Assembly (NCBI RefSeq): GCF_009914755.1
Contig: NC_060927.1
Reading direction: 5' to 3' (one strand)
DNA: 64,000 nt
Source of the DNA: the human T2T-CHM13v2.0 reference genome, Homo sapiens
A program made the translations under genes and the position numbers. This document shows positions 26,561-40,724 of the stretch, piece by piece (positions within the stretch are counted from its first letter, which is position 1; each line of letters begins with the position of its first letter). Under the pieces are notes generated by a model, which was not told the DNA's origin, made no database searches, and saw only the letters and a program-made list of their open reading frames with translations.

Positions 26561-29249
26561 ACTTAAAATTATTCTAATCTTAGCATATAGGCTATGTTCT
26601 GAGTTCACATGCACATTTATCCATGGACAAGACAATCTCATGGCTCCCTAGTCATGGCAAGGACTCCTCTTTTCCAGGGAGCTGAAAGAGCAGGGGACCA
26701 GATATCCCAGCCTCCTAGAGGTCTTCTGCTAAGATTACTGGGAGAGGATTATGAGTGCTGGGGAGTTGGTGAGAAAATCGTTTCAGAGAGCATGGAACTG
26801 AGAATCTAAGCAACCTGGGGACATTTATTCTACATGTAGCAAGCAGATTTTAGGATCCAACTCACTTGGATTTGTATTCACCACTTTCCTGTGCCTTCAC
26901 ACCTAGCTCTGTGTGTTAAGGGTAACATAACCTCTCTAGCTTTTGTTTCTCTGTGAACTCCCCCTACTTACTACAGCCTGACAACTCAAGGCCAACTAAG
27001 AAAAAGACTCACAGGTCACTTACTCTCCCCAGACCTCTCTCCACAGGGCTCTGAAGGCTGCCTACTAGGTAGATGTGGTGGCTTCTTCATCTCAGATGGT
27101 GGCCTCGCTATCAGGATGTGTTTTCAGTAGGCATGCTTCTCAGAAATGCCACCTTGACCTGTAGATCTTTATGTAGAACCCAGTCTCATAAGGGCAGGGG
27201 GAAGAGGAGTTGGGAAAAGAAGGAACAAGGCCTGCCAACTGCTGGCAGCTGCTGGCAGCTATGGTCATGGAGATGCCCCTGACCATAGCCCCCTGGCCAC
27301 AGGAGGAGGGACAAATGCACAATCAGCTGGGCAGCTGGTCTTCCTTTGGGAACAGGAGGCTTTCTTTTACATCTGGGGCACCTGGGTAGGGGAGCAGGAG
27401 TAGTTGTAGTACTCGCCGAATAGCCCAGATTGGGTAGCAGAGGGAAACAATAAAAATTCAGAGGACCCACACAGATGGGTGTGAGCAGTGTAGCTTACTG
27501 GTATGCAGTGGGAAGCTGGGGAGGCATTTTTTTAGCTGCCGTTTTCTGAGTTTACTCCGTTCACTTACTCATTCACTTGCTCACTCATTCATATATTCAG
27601 TACTTATTATTGAACATCTACCAGGTGTCAGGCCCCATGAAAGAGATATCAAGATGAACAGAGAAGAGTGAGCATTATGTTTACTTAGTATCAGCTAGGT
27701 GTCTGGTTTTTCAATTTTCCTCCCTTAATCATTACAACAGCCTATGAAGTGTAGGTATTCTTATCTCATATGAAGGAACAGAGACCCAGAGAGATTAAGC
27801 TGTCTAAGGGCACACAGCTAATAAATACTGGAGCTGGGAGTCAGACTTCTGTCCAAAGTCTGTGCTTGACTCAGGGCTGTGACCTTCCCCTCAAGACATG
27901 CTTGTCCTGGGAGAGCTTGCTGTCTTAAGTAGAAGACAGCATGATGAGCAAGTAATGGCCAGGTGTGTCCTATGGTGCCAGCCTCACTAGGAACACTCCA
28001 GAAACCTTATCCTGCCATTATCCAGGCTCCAGCAGATCTTGTTAAACATGTTTGCAGACCCTTTCTGCTGGCTCTAACCTTGACACAGTGTCATGAATCG
28101 AGGAAGGGCCTGGGGTCAAGTTGTCATCCCTCCAATGGCGGGGGTGTCATAAGTTTGGAAGGCTTACTGGAAATGTACTGCCTTGGTGTCTACAAAACTC
28201 ATTTTGTGTTCAACTAACCTCAGTTCTTCCAGCTCTTAGTAGCTCCATAATGAGAGAGAACCACCTCTAATAAAGCTTATTCTTACAGCACAGGATCTTT
28301 CAGACAGCCTTCACCTTCTACCATCTGCCACAGTTTCCATTTATCTCAGCTAAGGAATCAAATCATTTCATTTTTTTCTCTGCCAGCCCAACCATGGTAT
28401 TGGGTTTCAGCTAAACCGTGAGTGTCATAAAGTGTGCTGTGAGGGAGGCAGAGCCTAGAAAATAGGATCTAGTGGTTTGAACCCAAGATAACTTGTAGAC
28501 TCTCACTATGACTGCCCTAGGCTATTGGTTCTCAACGATTTAGGGTGTCATAGATCCCGTTGAAAATCTGTTGACAACTGGACTTAAAGATTGTCTCTCA
28601 GAAAAATGGACACATATGGACAGATATGCAATGGTTTGTGTACAGTTTCATGAGGTTCATGGCTTTTCCCCATCACATACATTTTGAGGCAGGGTTTATA
28701 GGCCTGCTTCAGTTTGTCAGGTGAAAAGTATAACTTAGTCTGTCCTCTGGTGAGTAGAGTTGAGGATTACCCAGTCTACCCTCCAGAATTCTGGAGAAGG
28801 ATTTTGGCTTCATGAGATATTCAGATCACCCCTTCTTTCCTATTTAGCACTTAACATTATTATCTTCTTTCTAAAGAAATAGCAGACATTATGAGTCAAA
28901 TGTTTTCCCAATCATGGCAAATTTTCTAGCTTATGCTGGGCCCTGGTTATGCTAGGTCCACAGGGGAAGCTTTGTTGTTTATCTCCAGCAAACATTAACT
29001 CATCTCTTTGTTATTATGGATAGGGTCTAGGTCTTGGGAAAATCCCATTGTGTCTTAGTTAGTCTCCTCTCTTCTCCTAGACCCACCAGAGACTCATCAC
29101 CTGTCTTGTCCAATCTAGGACCTAGGTAATGATCCCATAATCCATTACCTCTTCTCTTCTTACTGCTTTTTCACATTTTAGAGACTTCCTTAGAGCTGGA
29201 GTTTTAGTATCGCTTTTGGATTATCTGAATATTTGTCCCCCATGTGTAC

Positions 29250-29425
29250 CTCTATATTATATTTCTTGCATGATATTGAAATTACATGTTGGTTAGTCTG
29301 ACTCTTTCCTTAAATTAAAAGTCCCTTAAGGTCAGGACCTCTATATTGTTTACTTTTGTACCCACAGTAATTGTAACTTTGCCTGACACATATAGGTGCT
29401 CAATAAATATTTACTGAATTGAATT
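29250..29425 (+). mobile_element. L2 3' end
   Basis: tgcctgacacatataggtgctcaataaatatttactgaattgaattg. Confidence 0.7.
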
Positions 29426-29598
29426 GTATATGTTTGGATATCCAAGGCAATAACTTAAATAGGGACTCAAAAATTGCTTAAAACTCCAGGAATCTTTCCA
29501 TGGCTAATCCATCAGATATGGTTAGCCAATTTATCTAGATACCTGAACATTGTATCAGGGGACATATAGGGTTCATGCTATCTCATTTCCATGGGATC

Positions 29599-29623
29599 TG
29601 TGTATGTGTGTGTGTGTGCGTGT
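29599..29623. repeat. Imperfect (TG)n microsatellite
   Basis: tgtgtatgtgtgtgtgtgtgcgtgt. Confidence 0.85.
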
Positions 29624-29857
29624 ACGGGTACGTACGCAGACCTTTGCTTCTTGGTTACCACAATAACTTGAAAACAATACCAAAAAAACCTCTCTTCTGT
29701 AATCTCTCTGTATGTATATCCCTCCAATGCTTCTTCACATTTCTTTATCTCCATGATATATCTTAACATCTCTTTCATCTCTGCCTCTTTCTCTTTTGGT
29801 TGGCATATCCTAAGACAGCATGGACAGCAGCCACTCCAAGTAGCAACGTCACACTAG

Positions 29858-29878
29858 TTCAGGACCAAGGACAGCGGC
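29858..29878 (+). promoter_or_regulatory. REST/NRSF binding site (RE1/NRSE) candidate
   Basis: TTCAGGACCAAGGACAGCGGC versus consensus TTCAGCACCACGGACAGCGCC: 18/21, with canonical half-site spacing. Confidence 0.7.
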
Positions 29879-31875
29879 ATACATGTCCTGGCAGTGGGGA
29901 GAGGGTGCTTTAGTTTGCTAGTTTGTTCAGTAAAATGACCTTTGGATGTGTCCCTTCTCAGCTGTCAGACCGTACCTGCAGTTCTGCAAACCTGGTTGTT
30001 ACTTTGGTCCTGGTTGTTCCATGTATGTGGTGGAACTGTGCCCAGTCTGTGCCAGTGTATTCCTGTGACATTGCTCATTGATGGTCATGGTGAGGACACT
30101 GGAGCAGGAGTGGCATGGTTGTAGAATCAGAAAGAGAGCAAGTGGGAGTGGGAAGAAACTCTAGGCTTGGGTGAGAGGGTCTGCTCCAGGAGCTGCCTGT
30201 GAGGGTCCTCCGCCCTAAACTCTGTGGTCAGCCATTGCTACTTTACTGCCACCCATATGGGGGTTGGAGAGGTGGTTGAGGGGAGAAGCATCCAAGAGGT
30301 GCTGGACAATTTCATATTTAGATACCTGCCAGAGTGCCTTCCATAATCACAGAGCCCCAAACTGACTTTTCAAGTCAGCAATTTCATGTTTAACTAGTCT
30401 TTATGCCCTGATTAAATTAAGTATTAATATTATTGATATTTGTGCTGGGGAAAAGGGAGGGGGACTGAGATGAGGGTCCCAAGGAGCAAAGCTTTTCTGT
30501 GTCTGAACTTGCACAGCACACACCTTCTGCCCCTCGGCGCCTTTGTAACTCTCTCCAAATATATTATAATAGCAAATACACAGCTAATGTTCAACAGTTG
30601 GATCATAATAATCACTGACAAGCTAATGTTCTCTGTTACTTTGAGGACCCATCCAACAGCAGTGCTTAAAGTAACAAAAAAGACAATAAATCTACCACTA
30701 TCACCACTACCTGTGATGTATGAGCACTTTAGGTAACCTGGTGAGTTAGAAAGGAATCAGTTTCAAAACAAACACAGTGGGTGGATAGAATCACTTCTGA
30801 AGTGGCCATTTTCTTGTGTCTGTGCTATACTCAAGATGTCAACTTTTCTGGAGAGGGAGGGCGGGAGGAAGAGTGAGTAAGCCTGTGTGTATTGCAGCTG
30901 AGGTCTCAACTCAAACTAATATTAAATCTTGTGAAGAATAAACAGAAATGGTTGCTCATTAGCTGGGCTTAGAGAGGCGTTACCCATATGTTTAAAGTGC
31001 TAATTATTAGTGATCTTTAATGGAGCTAATTTAGCAGTAGAAAGTGTTACAAATTTCCATTCCTCAAAGGTAGCCCATTAGCCAGGTCTTTATAGCTAAT
31101 ATTGACTTTAGAAAGTTCATATTGAAATTGGCCTCAATTAGAGTTTATGTGAGAGAGGGAGAAAGATGAACATGAAGGTAGAAATAAGCACAAAGAAGCA
31201 TCATGGGAGGAAGAGACATGGCAGTTACTAAACACTTTTTACGTAGAAGGTGTCATGACACTTGGGATGTGAGAAACTCTGCCTCTGGGTCACCCATTAA
31301 GTGCCAGCTGTGTACCAAGCACTAAAGTCATTGAGAGAAGTACTCAGCCCCTGCCATCAATGAGCTTAGAGTCTAGCGAGGGAGCCAGATGCAGTGGTGG
31401 ACAATGGCAGAACAGGGAGGTACATGCCAGTGATATACTGAGGCAGACAAGTGAGTCCAGCCCAGATGGTGATTGAGCAGTTAGGGCAGGCACCCTAAGG
31501 AAGCTGTCCAGCTTACTATAGTGCAGGGCAGAGGATGGTCATTTATGGAAATATACTTCAAATGCATATCAGAGTTGAGAGAAGGTAGACATTGCTTTTC
31601 TCCAGTGTAAAGGCTGCCCGACCTAGTTATCAGCCAAGTCCCTGGTTGTTGTCTCAGGTTACAGGAGACCTGGTCAGTTTGCTTAGAAAAGCTCAGTATT
31701 TAGCAATTGCCAAAAGAAGAACATTTTTTTCCCCTTTTTGTGTTGAAATCAGGTTAGCAGAGGCTCCTGGGTGTCCTTTGCTTAGAAATCCCATGGTCAA
31801 GGAGGAGAACTCTGCTGCACCATCCCTCCTGCACACCTGCCACCTAAGGAGGGGGATGCTCCTTGGTCCATTTGA

Positions 31876-32387
<512 letters not shown>

Positions 32388-32510
32388 GTGGTAGCTGTTT
32401 TAAGGAGAACTCTAAGGAACATATTTATAGTCACTGGCGGCATTTTTCAACAGTTTCCTTAATAGCTCCTTAGTGTCTATAAAGAGGAGACAGGAACATT
32501 CACCTCTATT

Positions 32511-32561
32511 TCTTTCTCTCTCTCTTTCTGTGTGTGTGTGTGTGTATGTGTGTGTGTGTGT
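32511..32561. repeat. Compound (CT)n(GT)n microsatellite
   Basis: tctttctctctctctttctgtgtgtgtgtgtgtgtatgtgtgtgtgtgtgt. Confidence 0.9.
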
Positions 32562-33499
32562 ATCTTTCTCTCTAGCTCTTTATCTCTTGCTCTTACCCCT
32601 TTACCTTATGTTTTCTCCCACTCTTGCCACCTCTCTCTTTTTCTCTTGTGTTAACATAGGAAAGGAGGGGATGAAAGAAGGGAGAATGAAGGGAATGAAG
32701 ATCTTGCTTCTAATAGGTTCTCTACTAACTCCAGTTTGACTAACAGTGTCTTCTCCTAAGGGCTCCACCCATTTTCTACACAGAAGAGACCAGGACTTTA
32801 AGTCTCTTTCCTTTATGATTCAGTTTCACATTGCACTTTCATGGGGTCTTACACAAACTGTCAGCCTGCTACTGTCCCAGCAGATCCCAGGAGGTTACCC
32901 ACAAACATGCTTCCTGCCTCTCCTTGGACTTAGGGAGAAGATCAAAAGAGACAAAGTTCCAGTGCCCCTACCCCCTATTCTACCACTAACCTCAGCAGGG
33001 GCCAAGTCCCAACCTCCCCGTATCCTCAAAGATAAAGCAGAATGTGACCTGGAGGTTGGGATCAGAGCCTGCTGGGCCAAGCCCTGTTCAGGAGCCACAG
33101 CCTTCTTCTGGGACCAGCCAGATTCCACCCAGCTCTGCCCCTTGCTGTATGTAGCACAGACCTGGCTCTCGGAGTCTCCGAAGGCACTTGCAGTGGCATC
33201 TTTGCCGATGCCTCCCCAGGTGTCCACCCTGTTGGGAGTCAGACCACAGAGCCCACCCTCCTCCATGCACTCCTTTTCATCACCCCCTAACTCTGCTTTT
33301 CTGTTCATTGAGTAAAACCCCTTCATCCATGACATACAGTTTGTTTGCCCCTCCCTCTCTGCCTTGGCATGTACTGCTTCCCACCATCCCTTGCCTCTTC
33401 TGTTATTTACAATCTAATTTGAAGATCATCTTCTCTGTGGAGACTGACCTGATGGATCATCTCAACTTGCCATTCTCTGTCTTCTCTGTGCCTGTGCGT

Positions 33500-33900
33500 G
33501 GTCAGTTTCAGTATTTCTTGACTCTTTTTTGTGACAGGCCCTGTGTGAGGTTCTGGAGTAGAACAAGGAATACTACATGGTCCCTACCCTCAAGGCATCA
33601 GGATCAGTTAATGGGGAGTAAACGAAAACACATAAATGCCATTCAGGAGTGATAGATTATAAAGTACAACTGGAGACAGCTCAGCTTGATGGGGAGGCCA
33701 GGGAAACAGCACAGAGGAAATGACACATTAGAGAGAGATTTAAGAGGTAGGATCAACAGAACCAAGTAGCCAAATCAATATGTGTGATGGAGGAGGGGGA
33801 GGAGTCTAGGGTGCTTCCCAGGTTTCTGTTTGGTTAGCTCCGTGGATGATGGCACCAGTAATTAAGATATAGTGGATACAGGATGGTCAGATTGGGGGAA
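33500..33900 (-). mobile_element. L2 fragments
   Basis: acatggtccctaccctcaagg...; gaggtaggatcaacagaac...ggagtctagggtgcttcccaggtttctg...gtggatgatggcacca. Confidence 0.6.
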
Positions 33901-34661
33901 GGGTGGGAAGGTTTTTATCAGAATCTCAGAGTCTTCACTGGTTTTTTATCCAGTCTGGTAGCTTCCTGGTATTGGGGGAAATGGACACTCGGTATTTTAT
34001 TAGGCTGGAAACTCAGCAGAAATTGGGTTTCCCCTCCAAGGGAGAGAATTGCCTGAGATGGGCACTGTGTTCTCAGATGCAGAGCTCCCCAGGTGGGCGC
34101 ACCCCTCCTTTCTGTTTCCTGACCAGCATTTCCCCAGTGTTCAGGGCTTTGTACCTGTGAGTGGGGGTGCAGGTGGGATAAAGAGGCATAAGCAGACTGG
34201 CTTCTCTGTCCTTTAGGGCTATCTTAGAGATGGCATCTTGGTGACAGTATTTATGCTACCGAAAGTAGTTAGAGAAGGTAGGGCTCTGAGGGTAGGAAGG
34301 AAGATTTGTGGTGAAATTAAAACATCTGATACATGAAGGAATGGTTTAAGCTACCAAAATTCTGAGCAGTTTGGACAGGTGTTATTCATAAACACTCCTG
34401 CCACCAAAAAGTAAGATGTGATCCACTCTTAATGCCCTGGAGGGGGAATTTATCTACCTCCCAGATAGCTTTTTTATTCCAAAGCTGAATTTGAATAATA
34501 GATGATTATAGGGTAATGGCTGAATCTCTGGAATCTCTGGGCAGTGGAGAGGGGTCTTCCCATGGTAGGGGCCAGAGGGGTGATGAGTAGTGTTAGATGA
34601 GATTTTAGGGGTCCTGTTTAGGCCAGGCTACAGCATGCTTTTCTCCATCTTCTGCCTCTGA

Positions 34662-35072
<411 letters not shown>

Positions 35073-36416
35073 TAGGCTCTGACTCTGTAAGTCTAGGGTG
35101 GAACTTGAGATTTTGCATTTCCAGCAAGGTTCTAGGTGTATGTGATGCTTATTACCTTGGGTACCAAGGCTTTAGGACTCATCTTTAAGAAGCTCTTTTT
35201 TTTTTTTTTAGTCTCCTTGCATTTTGTACAGGTGGTGTCCTGTCTCTGATAACAGTTAATTGTCCTATTTGGAAACCCGTCTTTCTCTGCTTGGAAGCCC
35301 CCTTGGAGAGCAGGATCCATTTCTTATTTGTCTTACTGTCACTGAAGCCCGACATATGGCCTGGCCCATAGTAAGTGGTCAATATAGAATTAATGAAATA
35401 ATGACCTTAGGAATAGGAAAATTTCAAAATTACAACCTAACTAGGGTCCAGCCAAATGAGCTCCTGCACCTCTCAATTGTAAGCCAGATCTCTTTTATGC
35501 AGCCTCTCAGTGACTCAGTGCCATTTTGAGTAAGGCTTCTATACTGGACACCACACGGGTGAAGTAGAAAGAGAAGGCAGAAACCTGAGCACAGGGAAAT
35601 GTGCAGAAACAGGGCTCAGGCCCACTTGAAGCAACATTAGAACACTTACATAGTAACTTCTAAATAGGTGCACATTAAAGGGGTGTGACTGAGAACCAAA
35701 AGGAAACAAAGAGCAATCCATGGATACTCTGGCAGCTTGAACCTCCAATGCTCTATAAACGCCCACTCTGTTGTTTGTTTCTTCACTTGTTGAAATCAGG
35801 AATGCTTTCTGAAGGAGGTTAGTATGGAACACAAGGCACCCAGGTGCCCTGGGGAATATACTGCTACTCTAGACCCACAAAACCACAGACAGGGCTGGGG
35901 GGCTCAAGGGCCAGTTTTACCATTGCCGTGTAAGGTCACACAGAGGCTGGAAGCCACAGTGAGGCTGACTGGCATTTTCCAACATGGGAAATGATGACTA
36001 GAAGCAATGTAAGCATAACACGTTTGGAGCAAGGAGAAGCAAAAGTGGGGCTTGGAGAAGACCCATGCTGGAGGATCCTGGGGAGATGGCAGGGGTAATT
36101 TGTACTTCCTTAATAGATGTGGAGCATTTCAACTTTGCTAATTAACGGAACAGCAGGCTTGTAATTCTGACAGCAGCAGGACACAAATGGGGTGGGATTA
36201 GCACTGAATGCCAGTGAAGCATGCCTTTGTCCTTAAGAAGAGGCACAACACCCACCACCCACGTTGGGTCAGGTCCATGAAGGTGCCATCCCTGATTTTG
36301 TTTTTTTTTTTTCCTGCAGCAACTCCAAGGGCTTAGGGGTTTTTTTTTTAATGTCTTCTCAGGCCTTCCAGGATTTTTTTTTTTTAGATGGAAACAGGTC
36401 TATGATTGGTCTAGAG

Positions 36417-36644
36417 CAGGAGTGTCTAGTCTTTTGGCTTCCCTGGGCCACATTGAAAGAAAAAGAATTGTCTTGGACCACACAGAAAATACACTAATAC
36501 TAATGACAGCTGAAGAGCTAAAAAAAAAAAAAATTGCAAAAAAATCTCATAATGTTTTAAGAAAGTTTACAAGTTTGTGTTGGGCTGCATTCAAAGCTGT
36601 CCTGGGCTGCATGAGGCCTGTAGACCACAGGTTGCACAAGTGTG
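36417..36644. mobile_element. MER30 (hAT-Charlie MITE), full length
   Basis: caggagtgtctagtcttttggcttccctgggccacattg...; 8-bp TSD gtctagag (36409-36416) / atctagag (36645-36652). Confidence 0.88.
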
Positions 36645-39600
36645 ATCTAGAGTTTATTTTCTAATAGTTCTACCAAATATACCAGAAATAACAATGGCAA
36701 TGGAAGCTTGCCTTCTTCAAGAGATTAAGCCTCATTGAAGTTCTTCCATCACTATTCTCCCATTTTGGCATTTTGGGCTACCTGCAAAATGGGGTGATCT
36801 GCCCCTGAGTATCTGTAAACTGATTCTGGGGGACAAATGGGCCAGGAAGCCAGTGAAATGTTTTATCTTCCCAAGGTGCAATGAATCTTGTTAGGGAATT
36901 TATTCCCAGTACTTCCTTTTAAAGCATATTGATCTGATAACCTGAGGATCTTAAAGGCCAACAAATATGAAGAGAAGGTTTAGAAAGTCTCAGAGTATTA
37001 GAGCTGAGTAGTACCCTGGAGGGCATCTACTCAGATTGCCAGTGCTTGGTGTGACAAATGAAGTCACTGACCTTGTATAAGTCATTTTAGGAAGGGTCAA
37101 CATTTCATTGATTCATTTATTCTTTCATCAAATATTTATTGAACATTTACCGTGAGTCTACCAAGACACGTACCCGATAGTGAAAACATGTTGCTATTTC
37201 ATTGGTCCTGTTTGAGTTAGCATTCAATGAACTTCTCCTTTATTATATATTCCAACAGCTGGTTTCACAAGGGCCCTGGGGGAATTGATATGATACATAG
37301 TATCTTTAGTCAGTGCAAATAGGTTTTATATGCAAGGTCACCAATTTCTGAGCTGCTGGGCTAATTAGCTCTACTTGGCTTTACATAATACATATATTGT
37401 TCAAAAGTTATATGTAATTTAATTTTTGGCAAGTGAAAAACTGATTCAAATCACTAGGGGAACTTTATTTGAAGAGACTCTGGAGCAAATCCTTTTATAA
37501 TGTGAAAATTTTAGTTGTAATTGGAAATGATTGTCCCCTAGTTTGGATTTTGTAAATGTGGACACTTTAGGTTTACTTGTGGACACACAACCAGGCCCAG
37601 CAGTGGCCTCTACAGGGTCAGGGAGGACCCTGGCCTGGGAAGTAGAAGCCCTAGGAATCCTAGAACAGCCCAACCCAAGGTATTGACATTTACTGGAGCC
37701 CATGACTGCAAGCTGCATGGACAAGCTGCACACCTTCTCTCAGGTCCTGGGCCCTGGTGGGGAGAAGGAAGAGGTGGGGCACAATGAGTGGGTGTGATGG
37801 ATGAGACTTGGAGCTTCCTCTTCCTCTCCAAGGATGGGAGTAGAGAGGAGATAGGATGGGGAACCCTTTGCTTCCATTATAGCAAATTTGAAACCCTTCC
37901 TTAAGATCTTATGGCTATTTAGAACTAGGACCCTCTTGTGTACTGCAACACAGTAGAGGACAAGAGGGACAGCAGTAGAAAAAAATAGGAAAAGAGTTTA
38001 GGAGAAAAGAGAGTTATGTGGACTCTTTTTGTATAGTAAATCTCATTAGTTTGGGCCTTGCTATTTTTGAACTTGTAAATAATCTGAAAGAAGACAGGAC
38101 TGAAATTTAACTTTTATATTACATTTTTTTCTATAGAAATTAGTGGAGTGCATGGTGATATAGAGGAAAGCGTTTTAAAATTAATGTATAGAAAGATATA
38201 TTTCACAAAGGAAAATCATGTATTTTGATACAGAAGCATCATTGTTCACAAACAAGTCATGTATTAGTTAAAGATCCTTGATCCTTGTCTAACAGATAAA
38301 GCCTAATAGATTGCCAAGGAAGCTGAAATGTCTCCTCATTGCATGAAGATGAAAAAAAATACTTTATATATCTATTTGTAAATTCTGTAATAATTTATAT
38401 TGATCCTAATTAGCCTCTATTAGTGAAATTTAATTGTTTTTCTGTGGAAAAGATAAAATTAGAGCATAAATATCTGTAGAAACAGGATAGAAAGTTCAAA
38501 ATAGTGCTTATAGGCTTTGAAATTCGAGTATTCTTTTTTATGGTGTTACTTTGTTTTCCTATTGCTCAAGGTCTTCTCAAAGTGAGCCTTGTAGCTGGTT
38601 CTCTGTCAGCTAGTAAAGAGAAACGACTGATGAATAAAAAGACTTGCAGTCTTCATTTGGTGAAAAATGAAAGAGAAGAAATAGGCAAAATGGTCAGAGA
38701 CACTTAGGAAATTTGTTTTAGGTTTAGGGTATGACCTCTGATCATAGAAACTGGCATTGTGAGCACACATCTCTCTTCCTCCTTGGTTGAGTGTGCAGTT
38801 GGCCCACTTCACTTCCCTAGGCCAGTGATCTTACGCCTGGCCCAGAATTTTATTGCCAAAATTCCCGGATGGGTTTCTTGAAACAGTCAATGTTTAGAGA
38901 TTGAAGGATTGAGTGGGATTGTCCTGCCCAGCATGTTGTTTTCCTCTGTCAATTGTCAAATTTGGACCCTAAGGGTGTAAGCCAAGTGGAGAAAGGCACC
39001 AGAGGGGGTATCCATGGTATCTGGTTCTGCTCTCTGAGCTGACATACAACCGCTCGCCTTCTGAGGTCTATTTGTGTCATGTCCCTAATGGCGACACATA
39101 ACAGAGACCCCAGTTATAGCTCGAATCGCTGTAAGTGTGGGTGGCTCTCCCTGAGAGTCCCTGTGGGGTTCTTAGGTTAAATGATAGGGATGCAATGGTC
39201 TAGCCTGGGGTTTGTGTATGTGGAAGCTGGGTCCTGACTTCCCACAAATCTCACACTGGGCTGGATTGTCCTTTGCCTCCTGAGGCTACTGTTCCTCCAG
39301 GCACATCTTTAGTTTCCATTCTTTGTGAGCCCCAAGATTCTGCCTCCAGCCCCCTAACAGGAACTCAACTAGAACATAGAAAGGACTTTCTAAATGAGAA
39401 GCAAGATTTAGAAAGAGAACAAGTTAAACAAGGTAGTGGGTAGTGCATTTCCTTCCCAGGAGATTTGTATCTCCCCATCTCCTGTCTATTGTGGACCAAT
39501 GATGATGACATTGAGGGGAGGAGGAAGAGGTGGGGAGAGGAGTATTGTCATCAACTTTGCTTCCATCTGTAGGAGTTTTGTGGTTTACTTTCCTTGTTTG

Positions 39601-39806
39601 TAAAATAAAGACTAATAGTTGTTGTGCCAGAGGAAAGGCAAGAAGGATTCTTTAGGACTTTGTAATCCATCTTGATATCAATTAACTAATTCAACAGATA
39701 TTTCCTGAGTGCTGAGTATGTTCAAGACACTGTGCTAGGCACTAGAGGTACGAACATGATTTTTTAAAAGTCCCCCGGCTTCAAGTTGCTCAATAGCAAC
39801 AGGGCT

Positions 39807-39832
39807 GTTTTTTTTTTTTTTTTTTTTTTTTT
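39807..39832. repeat. Poly(T) tract of about 26 nt
   Basis: Direct reading; about 285 nt upstream of the 40117 acceptor. Confidence 0.9.
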
Positions 39833-40116
39833 GCCCCCACTGCATGGAGGTTTCTCCATGTGGGGAGGGTGACTTGGATTGTCCTCTCCTTGAGAAGGAC
39901 TAGGGGGTTGCAGCCCTGATCACCCCTATGGCTGGCATGATGTGGAAGTATCCCTTCTGTTGCAGACCCTCTCCTGGTCCATCGGGCTGGGCTGTAGGAC
40001 CTGGACAAGGCAGGACTTGCCGGCTGATGATGGGATTGGGAGACTGAGGATGGGACCTTGCGATTCAGCCAGCTGGCTCCTCTCACCCTGATTCCTTCTG
40101 GTTTGTTGTCCCACAG

Positions 40117-40191
40117 GGTCTTTTCGGAATGATGGTTTGAAAGCTTCTGATGTCCTTCCTATCCTAAAGGAAAAGGTGGCCTTCGTGTCTG
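40117..40191 (+). CDS. KALRN: KALRN coding exon (first common exon, 'exon 2'), 75 nt, phase 1-1
   Basis: Acceptor ...gtttgttgtcccacag|GG at 40116/40117; donor TCTG|gtgagt at 40191/40192. Translation: (G)SFRNDGLKASDVLPILKEKVAFVS(G). Confidence 0.96.
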
Positions 40192-40724
40192 GTGAGTATT
40201 TGTGGGACTTTCTTTTGTAAAGGACCTAGAGAAGTTGTGTGTGTGCACATGTGTTCAGATTCACTTGTGTGTTAGTAGGGGAGAAGTAGGGGTGGGGAAG
40301 TTATGCTTGGGGCAGCTGCTTTCTTTCTCCTGAGGCAGATGGGGAGGGAGAAAGGAGGGCTCTGGCCCCAGCTGAGTGTTCTAAAGGACACCCAGAACCA
40401 AAGGGACATTCCCTGAGCTTCCCACCCAACCTCAGCCCCCTGGCCTGGCCCTGTGAGAGTTGCTCCAACTGGAGAATCTGTGCACTTGGCACATTCCTGG
40501 AGGTTTTATCTGAGTTCATTTCTGCATGGATCAGGGACGGGAGATTTTTAAAGGAGTTTTTGCTTCCTCCTTATCTTTCTGTCCTGGCAAAGGGAACTCA
40601 AGTGAGGGTTCATGTTTAGATGTTTAGTTTTTGTTTTTTTCTGAATAATGACTTCCAAATATTTATATCTGACTTCTCTCTCCCATACATCTTGTGCACA
40701 AAGACCTCTTAATGTCTCACTCTG

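Noticed and set aside
27560-27600. YCAY-rich cluster suggestive of NOVA sites
   Set aside because: It is the (ATTC)n-type tail of an antisense L2 and is far from any exon.
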